Source: a virus. From it: 64,000 bases of DNA. The stretch lies in IMG/VR virus record IMGVR_UViG_3300006793_000013. The stretch is one strand, 5' to 3'. Under the pieces are notes generated by a model that worked only from the letters and a program-made list of their open reading frames with translations, was not told the origin of the DNA and searched no databases. This document shows, one piece after another, positions 1 to 9,176 of this stretch. The stretch's first letter is position 1; the number at the start of each line of letters is the position of its first letter. A program made the position numbers and the translations under genes.

Positions 1-475
1 CGTAGTTAGGATTAGCAAGTTCAGGACAAACAGAATTGACCTTTGACTTCTTTGTAGCATTTAACTCCTCTTCAGTTAACGGAGCGCCGCCTATAATTTC
101 AAAACAACGTCTCTCGTGAACTTCATCTTTATTTAAAATTCTTTCAATGGACTTTGGTCTAGTTACTGATAAAGCCCCAATATCTCTCTTATCACCTGCT
201 GCATTTAGTTTATTAAATTTTTCATTTAGGTTTCTATTTGCAGTTTCTAATACTCTATTTAAGTCCTCAAGGTCATTTCGGACTTTAATAATGGCTTCAA
301 AATCTTTTTTCTGCTGTTCAATTACAGCCTTTTGCTCATTGATGCCATCTTCTAGTTTAACAATGTTTGCTTTTGCTGTGTCAAGATCTTTTTGTAATGC
401 TTTCACATACATAAATCCGCCACCTGCCGCAGCAAGTACAACTAGAATCATTGCTATTCTAATACTACTGAACAA
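1..475 (-). CDS. i-spanin (Rz-like) candidate; runs off the left edge; not in ORF track
   Basis: Manual translation from TTG at 475 (GGAG 7 nt upstream): LFSSIRIAMILVVLAAAGGGFMYVKALQKDLDTAKANIVKLEDGINEQKAVIEQQKKDFE... One N-terminal TM helix then a long coiled coil, downstream of the endolysin. Confidence 0.6.
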   Translation of the reverse strand, partial: MFSSIRIAMILVVLAAAGGGFMYVKALQKDLDTAKANIVKLEDGINEQKAVIEQQKKDFEAIIKVRNDLEDLNRVLETANRNLNEKFNKLNAAGDKRDIGALSVTRPKSIERILNKDEVHERRCFEIIGGAPLTEEELNATKKSKVNSVCPELANPNY

Positions 476-695
476 TGTTCTTCTCCACCTCGTTTAGTAA
501 GTCTTGTACTGTTTCAATGTTAAATGTATCTTCTTCTGGAATATTGATTTCTAATTTTTTACAAACTTGATCGGTAACATCAACAATGTCAAAATCATCT
601 CCATCTAAATCATCAATGAAATGACTTGCTTCAGTGATCTCTTTTCCAGTACCGAAATGTCTTTCCAGTACTTGCATGACTTGCTCTTTCCACAT
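465..695 (-). CDS. Acyl carrier protein-like protein lacking the phosphopantetheine Ser
   Basis: 76 aa, acidic. FIDDLDGDDFDIVDV aligns to ACP FVEDLGADSLDTVEL; C-terminal IPEED..NIETVQDL is ACP-typical. Confidence 0.75.
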   Translation of the reverse strand: MWKEQVMQVLERHFGTGKEITEASHFIDDLDGDDFDIVDVTDQVCKKLEINIPEEDTFNIETVQDLLNEVEKNIVQ

Positions 696-698
696 AAT

Positions 699-842
699 TT
701 AATCCTCGTTAGTTTGTGCTTCGTATTTATACCTTGGATATTGACACACTACTATCTCTATTGGCTTATTGTCTCCATCCTTAAATGTTTCGACTAATCG
801 GCCTTCGTGTTCCCTTCCACAGTTTTGACAAACTCCGGACAT
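699..842 (-). CDS. Small Cys/His protein (47 aa); not in ORF track
   Basis: MSGVCQNCGREHEGRLVETFKDGDNKPIEIVVCQYPRYKYEAQTNED; ATG 1 nt after the endolysin stop, fills the gap exactly. Confidence 0.6.
   Translation of the reverse strand: MSGVCQNCGREHEGRLVETFKDGDNKPIEIVVCQYPRYKYEAQTNED
724..731 (-). promoter_or_regulatory. T4-like late promoter TATAAATA
   Basis: Exact TATAAATA on the minus strand, 28 nt upstream of the ACP-like start. Confidence 0.55.
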
Positions 843-843
843 T

Positions 844-1683
844 CTACTCCATCAACTTAGCAAGGGTCTTAGGACCTACAATGCCGTCTGCAACTAAACC
901 ATTTTTGGTTTGCCACTCTTTAACAGCCTTTTCAGTACCAGGACCAAAGTCGCCGTCTGCTGCAATACCAAGTTTCTCTTGCATTTGCATAACTGCTGGA
1001 CCTTTTGCACCTTTTCTTAAAATACCAACAACTGGTGCTGGTGCTTTACTAGGATCAAAGTTTCCACCTAATACATCTAAGAAATGTTTAAAATGTTTTT
1101 TACGATCTTCAAGGCCTACTGTTCCGCCGTTAACCTTTTTACTCATAGCAACAATATCTTGATTGTCAGCCATAGCATTAATATTTCTTGTGTCCCAGAA
1201 CCAACATGCACTTTCTAATGCACCTTTGATAGTAGTTACATAATCAATTACTTCTTCAGCAGTCATGCCAATTGTTTTACCAAAGTCAGCATAGTTAGCA
1301 CGACCAGTTAATTGAATAACACCTCTACCACGGAAACGCCAACCATCTCCTGATGCTGTATCTCCATTACCAATTCTATTTGCGTATGTTACGTTTGCAA
1401 TTTTTTCTGGTTGTCTTGCATATTCGTTTGCATCTCTGCCACCACGTGCAAAGTATTTTCCAAATACTGCATCTAATGCTTTTGCACTATAGTTTAAATT
1501 TTCTTCAAGTACTCTAAAGTTAAGACTTTCGTGAGCGCATTGTGCTAAAAATCCTGCTGCTCTATCGACAGTATCAATTTCATACTTAGGAAGCATCTCA
1601 AGAAGTGCTTCATACCATTCGTCTACTTTACTGTTACCGTGCAATACTTCTGCACACATCTCTTTTGTAAACTCAAATTTCAT
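844..1683 (-). CDS. Endolysin: glycoside hydrolase family 19 plus C-terminal peptidoglycan-binding domain
   Basis: FLAQCAHES, EENLNYS, DGWRFRGRGVIQLTGRANY, VNGGTVGLEDR; C-terminal LRKGAKG...ADGDFGPGT...ADGIVGPKT. Confidence 0.9.
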   Translation of the reverse strand: MKFEFTKEMCAEVLHGNSKVDEWYEALLEMLPKYEIDTVDRAAGFLAQCAHESLNFRVLEENLNYSAKALDAVFGKYFARGGRDANEYARQPEKIANVTYANRIGNGDTASGDGWRFRGRGVIQLTGRANYADFGKTIGMTAEEVIDYVTTIKGALESACWFWDTRNINAMADNQDIVAMSKKVNGGTVGLEDRKKHFKHFLDVLGGNFDPSKAPAPVVGILRKGAKGPAVMQMQEKLGIAADGDFGPGTEKAVKEWQTKNGLVADGIVGPKTLAKLME

Positions 1684-2435
1684 TATTCAATCCTTTGTAA
1701 TATCATGGACTTCTGTCCATTAGTAAATACGAAGTCAGCGCCAACTTTGTTAATATTGTAATCGCCTAGTACTTTGCTTAACCAAAATGTTTCAGCAGAA
1801 GCATCTAAACCAATATCCGTAGTTGCATCAAGACCTTCGATTATATCTTTTGTTGCGCCCTCTTTTATCCATTTCATCTTGATAACATTACCGAAGGGCT
1901 TGTAAAATGTAATGATATCATCTTCAAGTTCTAAGTTGTCCATAAGCGTTTTAGAAAAGAAAGTCTTTACTTCGTCTGTTCTTACCTGTGCTAGTTTCGC
2001 TTCGTACATTTGTTTATCTGTAGGAATAACTTTGCTTAAATTTTCTCTTGTAGCTTCTCTTTTCTTATCGTCTTTATAGTATTGAAACTTCCAATCTTCA
2101 ATGCCTGTTAGTTTAGATACACCATAAAGTAAATCGTCAATTTGTTCTGCTAGCCTTTTGTTTCTTTCAATTTCTACAAATACTGAATATTCGCCTTCTT
2201 CGTTCTCTCCTGAACTAACATCTGCATCAAGCACAAATGAAAATCCTTTTTCGATAAACTCCATTAAATCTCTTGCTGGGTATCTGTCTTTTGCTTGGAA
2301 TGTTACAACACAAACATCTCTATCTTCTCCCATCTTTGATCTAAACTTATCTACTTCAAACATAGGATATACTAGATCCACTAGATCGTTTTTACGTAAT
2401 CCTTCTTCTAAAACTTTATTGTGCTGCTGTGTCAT
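1683..2435 (-). CDS. Hypothetical phage protein
   Basis: 250 aa ORF tightly coupled to its neighbours; no motif recognised. Confidence 0.7.
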   Translation of the reverse strand: MTQQHNKVLEEGLRKNDLVDLVYPMFEVDKFRSKMGEDRDVCVVTFQAKDRYPARDLMEFIEKGFSFVLDADVSSGENEEGEYSVFVEIERNKRLAEQIDDLLYGVSKLTGIEDWKFQYYKDDKKREATRENLSKVIPTDKQMYEAKLAQVRTDEVKTFFSKTLMDNLELEDDIITFYKPFGNVIKMKWIKEGATKDIIEGLDATTDIGLDASAETFWLSKVLGDYNINKVGADFVFTNGQKSMILQRIE

Positions 2436-2952
2436 CTGCTGGTGCCTCTTGTTGTGCTGCTACTTCTTGTGCAGGCTCAAGGTTCATATTAACTGCATTG
2501 TTCGCCATGATGTCTTGTACTTTATTTCTATCAAGGTTCTTATAACCGCGATCAATGTTTTTCATTAAACGTTTTGGCATAGCAATTTTCACCATCCAAA
2601 TGTTTTCGTAGTCGATTTTACCTTTTCTTGTACCAGGTCTAATATCGTCTACTGCTTTAATTTTTCTAACTTTAGCAATAGCAGATTCTGCAAAGCCTAC
2701 TTTGCATCCGTATTCTTTTAATCTTTTACCGCCTTGTGGTTCAGGCATATTTTCATATGGCCACATAAACGTACATTCAACAAAGTATCTTGATTCGTTA
2801 GGACCAGACACTAATTCGCCATCTAACCAGCCGTCATACACATACACGTCTAATTCATCTAAGACACGTTCGAAGTCTTTTAGTAGATTTAGGCTGTTAT
2901 TTGAACCATAAATTTGTTCAATGTTTGCAATAATATCTTTAGTAGTTGCCAT
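2416..2952 (-). CDS. Hypothetical phage protein
   Basis: 178 aa ORF with AGGAG upstream and TAAATA at 2983-2988. Confidence 0.7.
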   Translation of the reverse strand: MATTKDIIANIEQIYGSNNSLNLLKDFERVLDELDVYVYDGWLDGELVSGPNESRYFVECTFMWPYENMPEPQGGKRLKEYGCKVGFAESAIAKVRKIKAVDDIRPGTRKGKIDYENIWMVKIAMPKRLMKNIDRGYKNLDRNKVQDIMANNAVNMNLEPAQEVAAQQEAPADDTAAQ

Positions 2953-2982
2953 CTGAGATTTCCTGTTCTCCTATTGTTATTG

Positions 2983-2988
2983 TATTTA
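2983..2988 (-). promoter_or_regulatory. Late-type promoter TAAATA
   Basis: CATAAATAC at the head of the leftward operon, divergent from phoH. Confidence 0.5.
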
Positions 2989-3031
2989 TGCTCAAATTTA
3001 AACTAAGAGCTTTATATATGAATTAATCGAG

Positions 3032-3037
3032 TAAATA
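3032..3037 (+). promoter_or_regulatory. Late-type promoter TAAATA-N5-ATG
   Basis: TAAATA TTAGT ATG (ATG at 3043 opens a 26-codon uORF before phoH). Confidence 0.55.
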
Positions 3038-3115
3038 TTAGTATGTTCGAACACGGACTTAACATCGCTAATTTAGGTATAACTCTGTGTTTGAGCCCAA
3101 CAAAGCACGGAGGAA

Positions 3116-3841
3116 ATGCTTAATATGAAGAGTAAAAGAAAACAATCTCACCACTCACAAAACTTCAACAACGTAATAAACATTAACGAAAAGACACGCA
3201 AACGTGTTGCTCTAACTCCCAAAAACAAAGCTCAAGAAATATACTTAGAAACGCTAAACAATGCTGATACACATATTGTATTTGCATGTGGACCAGCGGG
3301 TACAGGTAAAACTATGCTAGGTGTACAATGGGCTATTGATGCTTGGAAAGACGGAGATTTCGATAAAATTGTTATTACGAGACCTGCGGTTTCTGTGGAC
3401 GAGCAACATGGATTTTTACCAGGAGATCTTAACGACAAAATGGCTCCTTGGACAAGACCAATTTTCGATGTTTTTTCTGATAACTTCTGTCAACGTGAAG
3501 TGGAGCGACAGATGAGAGAAAGTATTCTTGAGATTAGTCCTTTAGCATATATGCGAGGGCGAACCTTTAAACACTCTGTAATTATTGCAGATGAAATGCA
3601 AAACGCTACGCCTAATCAAATGAAAATGCTTCTCACAAGATTAGGTGAAGGATCTAAGATGGTGGTAACAGGTGACTTGCAACAGGCGGACCGCCCTAGC
3701 AATAACGGCTTACTTGAGTTCCTTGGGTTATATAATAACTTCCGTAACCATCAATATGTTGATATATGTCAGTTCGACAAAACGCATATTGAAAGGCATG
3801 AAGCAGTAAAAGAGATTCTAGAGATCTACGGAGATCAGTAA
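3116..3841 (+). CDS. phoH: PhoH-family ATPase
   Basis: GPAGTGKT Walker A, ITRPAV, GFLPGDL, PLAYMRGRTF, IIADEMQN, VTGDLQQ. The start could be 3125. Confidence 0.95.
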   Translation: MLNMKSKRKQSHHSQNFNNVININEKTRKRVALTPKNKAQEIYLETLNNADTHIVFACGPAGTGKTMLGVQWAIDAWKDGDFDKIVITRPAVSVDEQHGFLPGDLNDKMAPWTRPIFDVFSDNFCQREVERQMRESILEISPLAYMRGRTFKHSVIIADEMQNATPNQMKMLLTRLGEGSKMVVTGDLQQADRPSNNGLLEFLGLYNNFRNHQYVDICQFDKTHIERHEAVKEILEIYGDQ

Positions 3842-3846
3842 AGTTT

Positions 3847-3870
3847 AGGGGAGTGTAAAAACTCCCTTAT
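3847..3870. terminator. Intrinsic terminator hairpin between convergent genes
   Basis: GGGAGT-gtaaaa-ACTCCC followed by a T-rich tract, right after the phoH stop. Confidence 0.65.
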
Positions 3871-3980
3871 TCTTCTTGGAATCTATCGCGAAGTTGGTCT
3901 AAAAGATCAATAAGCTCATCTATGAGATTTTGATCCTCATCTCGAGCTGTGTCGACTTCTAATTCTATCTTGATTTTCAT
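3867..3980 (-). CDS. Small acidic protein (37 aa); not in ORF track
   Basis: [37 protein letters not shown]; TAATG overlap with the ferredoxin stop. Confidence 0.6.
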   Translation of the reverse strand: MKIKIELEVDTARDEDQNLIDELIDLLDQLRDRFQEE

Positions 3981-4330
3981 TAGTCTATTTGTATAGCAGG
4001 TATTGCTTTAAATAATTTTGTTTTATCTTCTTTGTAGTTTTCTTTTGCAAAATCTACATAGTCTTCCATTGGCTCTTGTTCGTCTGTAATGTTTGGCCAA
4101 TTAGCATCATTTGAAAAATACTGGTTATGTTTAAACCATTTGTTTTCTTCATCGTCAGTTTGCCATATTGCATCTTCAGGACATTCAGGAACACATACAC
4201 CACAATCAATACATTCATCAGGATTGATTACAAGCATGTTTGCACCTTCGTAAAAACAATCTACAGGGCAAACACTTACACAAGTTGTGTGTTTACAGTT
4301 AATACATTTGTCGTCAACTACGTGTGTCAC
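3980..4330 (-). CDS. fdxA: Ferredoxin (FdxA-like, 7Fe/8Fe type)
   Basis: [21 protein letters not shown] and [17 protein letters not shown]. Confidence 0.9.
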   Translation of the reverse strand: MTHVVDDKCINCKHTTCVSVCPVDCFYEGANMLVINPDECIDCGVCVPECPEDAIWQTDDEENKWFKHNQYFSNDANWPNITDEQEPMEDYVDFAKENYKEDKTKLFKAIPAIQID

Positions 4331-4905
4331 GGTACCATTTTCTCCGGTAAACCATTAAATGCCATTGTAATCCTATCATTATCACCTGTATGTGGCAAAG
4401 TTAAATGCTGTACATAACTAGGAAAGATTATAACTTGTCCTGGCTTAGGTTCAATAGTAAAACTATCGTACATATAATCATTCGGTATTTCAATAGCTGA
4501 AAGGCTTCTAGCATAACAAGGATCCATAAACTTAGTATGCGCACCTTCTGTTAAGTAGAAGATACCACTAAAGTAAGCCATAGGATGTCTATGTTGACGC
4601 TGGTCACCACCTGATCCTTTAAGAGCCATATTAGCCCAAAGCCTTGTTAACTTTATATGTCCAAAGGCAGGATCGTATACTTCTTCTTTTTGTATTCGCA
4701 ACATGCAATCTTCTAGTTCGTCTTTTAGAAACTTCCAATGATCTAGTGTATGCAATACTTGATTGTCTGTTTGATTAATTGATGGGTAATGGGGATTTAT
4801 GTTATTAGACTCTTTAGGAATTAATTCAAGCGACTGTTCTACGCAGTGTGATAAATCAAACTCGTAAAAAGGAATCGGAAACATCATGTGTTTTGTAAGT
4901 GTCAT
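4327..4905 (-). CDS. 2OG-Fe(II) oxygenase (phage TIGR02466-like)
   Basis: [31 protein letters not shown]. Start moved to the ATG at 4905 (ATGA overlap). Confidence 0.8.
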   Translation of the reverse strand: MTLTKHMMFPIPFYEFDLSHCVEQSLELIPKESNNINPHYPSINQTDNQVLHTLDHWKFLKDELEDCMLRIQKEEVYDPAFGHIKLTRLWANMALKGSGGDQRQHRHPMAYFSGIFYLTEGAHTKFMDPCYARSLSAIEIPNDYMYDSFTIEPKPGQVIIFPSYVQHLTLPHTGDNDRITMAFNGLPEKMVP

Positions 4906-5147
4906 ACTAACCAATTATATATAGCTCTTAATGCTAAAAGCAAATACATACCCTCCATTAATGCTCTTGGTATATCTTTATCTTTAATACCAAAGTAAAT
5001 CCACATTGCACAACTAACTGTAGCAACTGCCCAGCCTATCCATTGTGTTTCTGGATTAGCGTCTGAAAGAATAAAAGCAGCGATAATTGCAAGTAAGAAC
5101 CCAACCCACCTAGGACCATCTATGTCGTGGTAGTATCTTATCTTCAT
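4902..5147 (-). CDS. Small membrane protein
   Basis: 81 aa with about three hydrophobic segments. Confidence 0.65.
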   Translation of the reverse strand: MKIRYYHDIDGPRWVGFLLAIIAAFILSDANPETQWIGWAVATVSCAMWIYFGIKDKDIPRALMEGMYLLLALRAIYNWLV

Positions 5148-6058
5148 AGTCTTGCTAACTTAATTAGTGTTGCAGCCAAGTTAATCTCAGGATCTGCAAC
5201 TAATGTATGATCTACTAAACCCTGTTTAATAATGATTACTGCTGTGTCTTGCTTTTCTTCTTCACCAAATATTTCTAAGTTGTCATACAGCCAACGATAA
5301 ATCTCTTCCATTTCTTCTGCACGTACTTTACCACAAAGTAGTTTACGTGCTTGTGTAATTTTACCTGCTTTAAATAGTTCGACCATTTCAAACTTCCAGT
5401 CAGCTTCTCCTTCGTCACCTTTAGTAGGAGAACTTAGTTTGCTGCCACTTACGTTTTGCTGTACCATATTAATACATTTACGCAAGTCTGGATACGAAAC
5501 TTTTACATAATTATCAAGTGTATCTAATTCAAACTCAATATTTTCTGTAACAAGAATAGTTGCAACTCTTGCAGTGAATTCTGTCTGATCAATTTTTTCA
5601 ATATGAAAGCCTTGACACCTGCTGTGAATAGCAGGAATAATTCTATTAGGATAGTTACACGTTAAAACAAATCTTGATGTGCTATGATATTCTTCCATAA
5701 CACCACGTAGTGCCGCTTGTGCGTTAGGCGACAAATAATCTGCCTCATCAAGTAATACAACTTTAAATGGACCAAACGGAATAGTTTGCACAAAACCTGT
5801 AATCTTATCTCGAATCTCATCAACAGAGTTATTTCTACTAGCATTAATTTCTAGTACATCATAACTTTCAATACCTAGTTCATTAACAAGCATCTTTGCC
5901 ATAGTAGTTTTACCAATGCCGGCTGCACCACTAAACAACAAGTGCGGAATACTCTCATCTTTAACCCATGCTTGTACTTGTGCTTTCTGATGATTGTCTC
6001 TAAAAACATAATCTTCAAGTTTCTTAGGACGATACTTTTCTACCCATAACTCTTTCAT
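5144..6058 (-). CDS. Sliding-clamp loader AAA+ subunit (T4 gp44/RFC-like)
   Basis: LWVEKYRP, GAAGIGKTT, EINAS, VVLLDEADYL, SRC motif. Confidence 0.95.
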   Translation of the reverse strand: MKELWVEKYRPKKLEDYVFRDNHQKAQVQAWVKDESIPHLLFSGAAGIGKTTMAKMLVNELGIESYDVLEINASRNNSVDEIRDKITGFVQTIPFGPFKVVLLDEADYLSPNAQAALRGVMEEYHSTSRFVLTCNYPNRIIPAIHSRCQGFHIEKIDQTEFTARVATILVTENIEFELDTLDNYVKVSYPDLRKCINMVQQNVSGSKLSSPTKGDEGEADWKFEMVELFKAGKITQARKLLCGKVRAEEMEEIYRWLYDNLEIFGEEEKQDTAVIIIKQGLVDHTLVADPEINLAATLIKLARL

Positions 6059-6465
6059 TCCGACTCCTTAATGCGTTTTCTCAAATTAGTTGTACTAAAT
6101 GAGTGTTGTCTTTTATTATAGTATATTTCTATGCCTTTGTCAACACATATTTGTTTGGCAGTAAAATCCTTTTGGCGATACTCTTCGCCAATAAAACGTA
6201 TATCTATTCCATATGTAAGAAAAATATCCGTTAAGTCTTTTTCAGATTCATAAGGAATAATTTCGTCAATATACTTACAACCTTCAAGTTGTACGTAACG
6301 CTCAAACACACTTTGGATTGGCTTATTCTTTTCTGGTCTATCAAGTGTTGGGTCTGTTTGCAAACCAACAATCATATAGTCGCAATTTGCTCTTGCTTCT
6401 TTAAGCATAGCAACATGTCCACTGTGGAACAAGTCAAATGATGATGCTGTAAATCCTCGTGTCAA
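6055..6465 (-). CDS. Cytidylyltransferase (TagD/RfaE-like)
   Basis: FDLFHSGH (HxGH), IVGLQTD, ER..QLEGCKYIDEI, SFSTTNLR. Confidence 0.85.
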   Translation of the reverse strand: MTRGFTASSFDLFHSGHVAMLKEARANCDYMIVGLQTDPTLDRPEKNKPIQSVFERYVQLEGCKYIDEIIPYESEKDLTDIFLTYGIDIRFIGEEYRQKDFTAKQICVDKGIEIYYNKRQHSFSTTNLRKRIKESE

Positions 6466-6866
6466 AGATCACCTTCTTGCCTGTTTTCTGAATAGTGTAC
6501 GTCAAACTCACCACCCGGATAACGCTTCTTTAATTTGTTAACATTCTCTGCTATGACTTCATTAGGATCCAACCCCAATGCACGGCAACTATTGATCCAA
6601 TACCAAATAATATCCCCAAGTTCTCGTTTAGCATGAAACTTAGTTTCATCGTCCATAGGTTTACCTTGAAATATACATTTCTTAACAATTTCTGCAAATT
6701 CGCCTCCTTCTGATGCAATGCCAATAGCACCTGTCATTAATAATGAAATATTAACTTCGTCATTTAATTCATGCAAACGAGCTTGTGTATAAGCCCAATC
6801 GTTTGACTCTTCTGATGTTACTTCTTTTACAAAGTCTTTGTATTTGTTTAGATCTACTGTAGACAT
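6462..6866 (-). CDS. mazG: MazG-like nucleotide pyrophosphohydrolase
   Basis: GIASEGGEFAEIVKK...ELGDIIWY...NVNKLKKRYP. Confidence 0.85.
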   Translation of the reverse strand: MSTVDLNKYKDFVKEVTSEESNDWAYTQARLHELNDEVNISLLMTGAIGIASEGGEFAEIVKKCIFQGKPMDDETKFHAKRELGDIIWYWINSCRALGLDPNEVIAENVNKLKKRYPGGEFDVHYSENRQEGDL

Positions 6867-6893
6867 CTATATTTCCTTTACTGTTATTGCTTT

Positions 6894-6922
6894 ATTATAT
6901 AATAGTACTTTATTGTTGTCAA
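6894..6922 (-). promoter_or_regulatory. Sigma70-type promoter for the mazG-clamp loader operon
   Basis: TTGACA-17 nt-TATAAT, exact consensus. Confidence 0.8.
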
Positions 6923-6973
6923 CCCCTAAGGTAAATATTTTTAGCAGCATTCGCTGGACAAAAGGAGAATCCC

Positions 6974-7162
6974 ATGATTAAGAATCTTTCACTAAACCTT
7001 GAAGTAGGACAAGAAATCCTTGTCGGTAAAAATAATAAACGTGCTAGAATTACTAAAATCGAGTTCCATGAAAAGTCAGGGGAGATTACAATTAATACGA
7101 CACAAGGCCCTCGTAGAGCCTTGACATTTAGGTTAATGCCCGAAATACAATACGCTTATTGA
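6974..7162 (+). CDS. Hypothetical protein (62 aa)
   Basis: AGGAG SD; TAAATA at 6932-6937. Confidence 0.65.
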   Translation: MIKNLSLNLEVGQEILVGKNNKRARITKIEFHEKSGEITINTTQGPRRALTFRLMPEIQYAY

Positions 7163-7551
7163 GCACCAAAGTCACCTGCGTCAAATGTAGCGGTGTCACC
7201 ATCGCTATAATGTTGTCCCCAATAGGCTAGTTCTGGTTCAAAGTCCTCGGTACCTACAGCGAGGATGGCGGACTTCTCAACCTTTTGTACCTCGATTTCA
7301 CCGCGATCGGGACAATCCACTTTGATCTTTCGTGTCCAACGACCATGCTCAATTAAGATCCAATCTTCTGATTTGTAGTCGTCTGTGTTTGTAGCACCTT
7401 TAGCATAAACTTTTGCCCAACGACATTTGACTCCGTGTGCTTTTGCATCATCACTTGCCATGATAATGCCGCCTTTAGTTACAGTTTCACCAAAGTGCAT
7501 GTTATATACTAACACGTCATCATGTAATGGTGTAAGTTTACCTTTGATCAT
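7156..7551 (-). CDS. groES: GroES-like co-chaperonin
   Basis: LTPLHDDVLV...ETVTKGGII...VYAKG; GGAGG 5 nt before the ATG at 7551. Confidence 0.8.
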   Translation of the reverse strand: MIKGKLTPLHDDVLVYNMHFGETVTKGGIIMASDDAKAHGVKCRWAKVYAKGATNTDDYKSEDWILIEHGRWTRKIKVDCPDRGEIEVQKVEKSAILAVGTEDFEPELAYWGQHYSDGDTATFDAGDFGAQ

Positions 7552-9157
7552 CTTTGCCTCCATAAATATGATTCTTCAAAAATTCGTAATGACTAGGAAG
7601 TTTAGAAACATAATCAATTACAAAGTCTCTGTAATCTTCATAACTGCGTTTCTGAAAATCTAGTTCTTCTAACTTAGTTACCCCGCCCCAGTACGGTCCT
7701 TCGTGTAAAACGATTTCTTTAGTTGCTTTTGGTTTTACACCCATACCAGCCGCTAAAAATAAAGAGGGCGGAAAGTCTGCTGCTCCACTATAGGTATTAC
7801 CTAATGTAACTCCGCCGATCAAAGATTGATATTGTGTGTTTCTTAAATTATAATTTTCGCCTACAAGTTCCGGACAATACTCGTGATACTCTGTTGCATG
7901 TTTCCAATAAGGAGTATCGTCACGCATTGAAAGAGCATAGTGAGTTGAAATAAAATCTCTAAATTTTAATACTTCTGATTCAACAGCGTAATTGAATCCT
8001 TCTTTCTCTGTTCTTGTTACCCAACCATTTCTTCTATTCAAACACTCTACTAACTTAACTAAGTTTTCATGCGTTGTTAGTAGTCCTGTAGATTCTAAAG
8101 GTTCTACAAAACCATAACTTAGTCCAATGCCAACAACGTTGCGTACCCAACCTCTACGTCTACGGCCATGCTTAATATTAATGTGAAACATTTCTGCATT
8201 GTCTGCACGTTCTTTTGAACCTGTTGTTTCTAGGTGTTTTCTAAATTCTTCTTTTGCTGCGTCAGCAGTTGTAAATTTTGATGAGTATACATACCCAGTA
8301 CCAATACGATTCCATAATGGAATATGCCATACCCAACCATTATCTAATGCATGACAGTCTGTGTAAGGGTGCATTTCTTTTTCAACATCTTCATAAGGTA
8401 CTCTACATGCCCAAGCACAGTCGTTTGCTAGATAATCATCAAATGACAAAAACTCTTGCTTCATTGCTTTTTCTAAAAGCATTGATTGAAATCCTGTACA
8501 ATCAATATAAAGGTCTGCTGATACTGTTTCTCCGTTATCTAATAAAAGACCGCTTATTTGATCGTCTTCCATATCAACGTGTACTACATCGTGATTTAAC
8601 AATGTTACGCCATTAGGCATAGCAATATTGTTTTTAAGATATTGTCCTAGTTTTGCAGCATCAACATGATATGCAGTATCCCATTTAAAACTATAATGTC
8701 TTAATTTTTCATCTGCATTTGTTGTGCCTTTGCACATATCAGAAAGATATGTGTTAGCGGTAGCATAAAATTTAGCGAATGTATCAGGAGTAAATTCATC
8801 TGGATATACAGTTGCTAACTCTGACCAAGCATCTATTCCGCCTGGTTTATCAGTCATATCAAAACCTAAACTAAAAGGATATTGAAAACTGGTACCGTCG
8901 TTCTCTCTAAAGTTTGTAAACCTGATTGAATTTTTGTATGTAGCATTACACTCTGCCATCCAGTCTTTATCTTCAAGACCTAGCAAATCTAAAAATTTTG
9001 TAATGTGACCGAGTGTACTTTCACCTACGCCTACAGTTTTTATGTTAGGTGATTCAATAATGGTTATGTCGATGTGTGGACATAGTTTAGACAGTGCGGC
9101 TGCTGACATCCACCCTGAACTTCCACCGCCGACAATCACCAATGATTCTACTCTCAT
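7538..9157 (-). CDS. Flavin-dependent (tryptophan halogenase-family) halogenase
   Basis: GGGSSG, GVGEST, ATYK (catalytic Lys position), GWVWHIPL (WxWxIP), FVEPLESTG. Confidence 0.9.
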   Translation of the reverse strand: MRVESLVIVGGGSSGWMSAAALSKLCPHIDITIIESPNIKTVGVGESTLGHITKFLDLLGLEDKDWMAECNATYKNSIRFTNFRENDGTSFQYPFSLGFDMTDKPGGIDAWSELATVYPDEFTPDTFAKFYATANTYLSDMCKGTTNADEKLRHYSFKWDTAYHVDAAKLGQYLKNNIAMPNGVTLLNHDVVHVDMEDDQISGLLLDNGETVSADLYIDCTGFQSMLLEKAMKQEFLSFDDYLANDCAWACRVPYEDVEKEMHPYTDCHALDNGWVWHIPLWNRIGTGYVYSSKFTTADAAKEEFRKHLETTGSKERADNAEMFHINIKHGRRRRGWVRNVVGIGLSYGFVEPLESTGLLTTHENLVKLVECLNRRNGWVTRTEKEGFNYAVESEVLKFRDFISTHYALSMRDDTPYWKHATEYHEYCPELVGENYNLRNTQYQSLIGGVTLGNTYSGAADFPPSLFLAAGMGVKPKATKEIVLHEGPYWGGVTKLEELDFQKRSYEDYRDFVIDYVSKLPSHYEFLKNHIYGGKDDQR

Positions 9158-9176
9158 GGTTTGTCCTATCTAAAAA

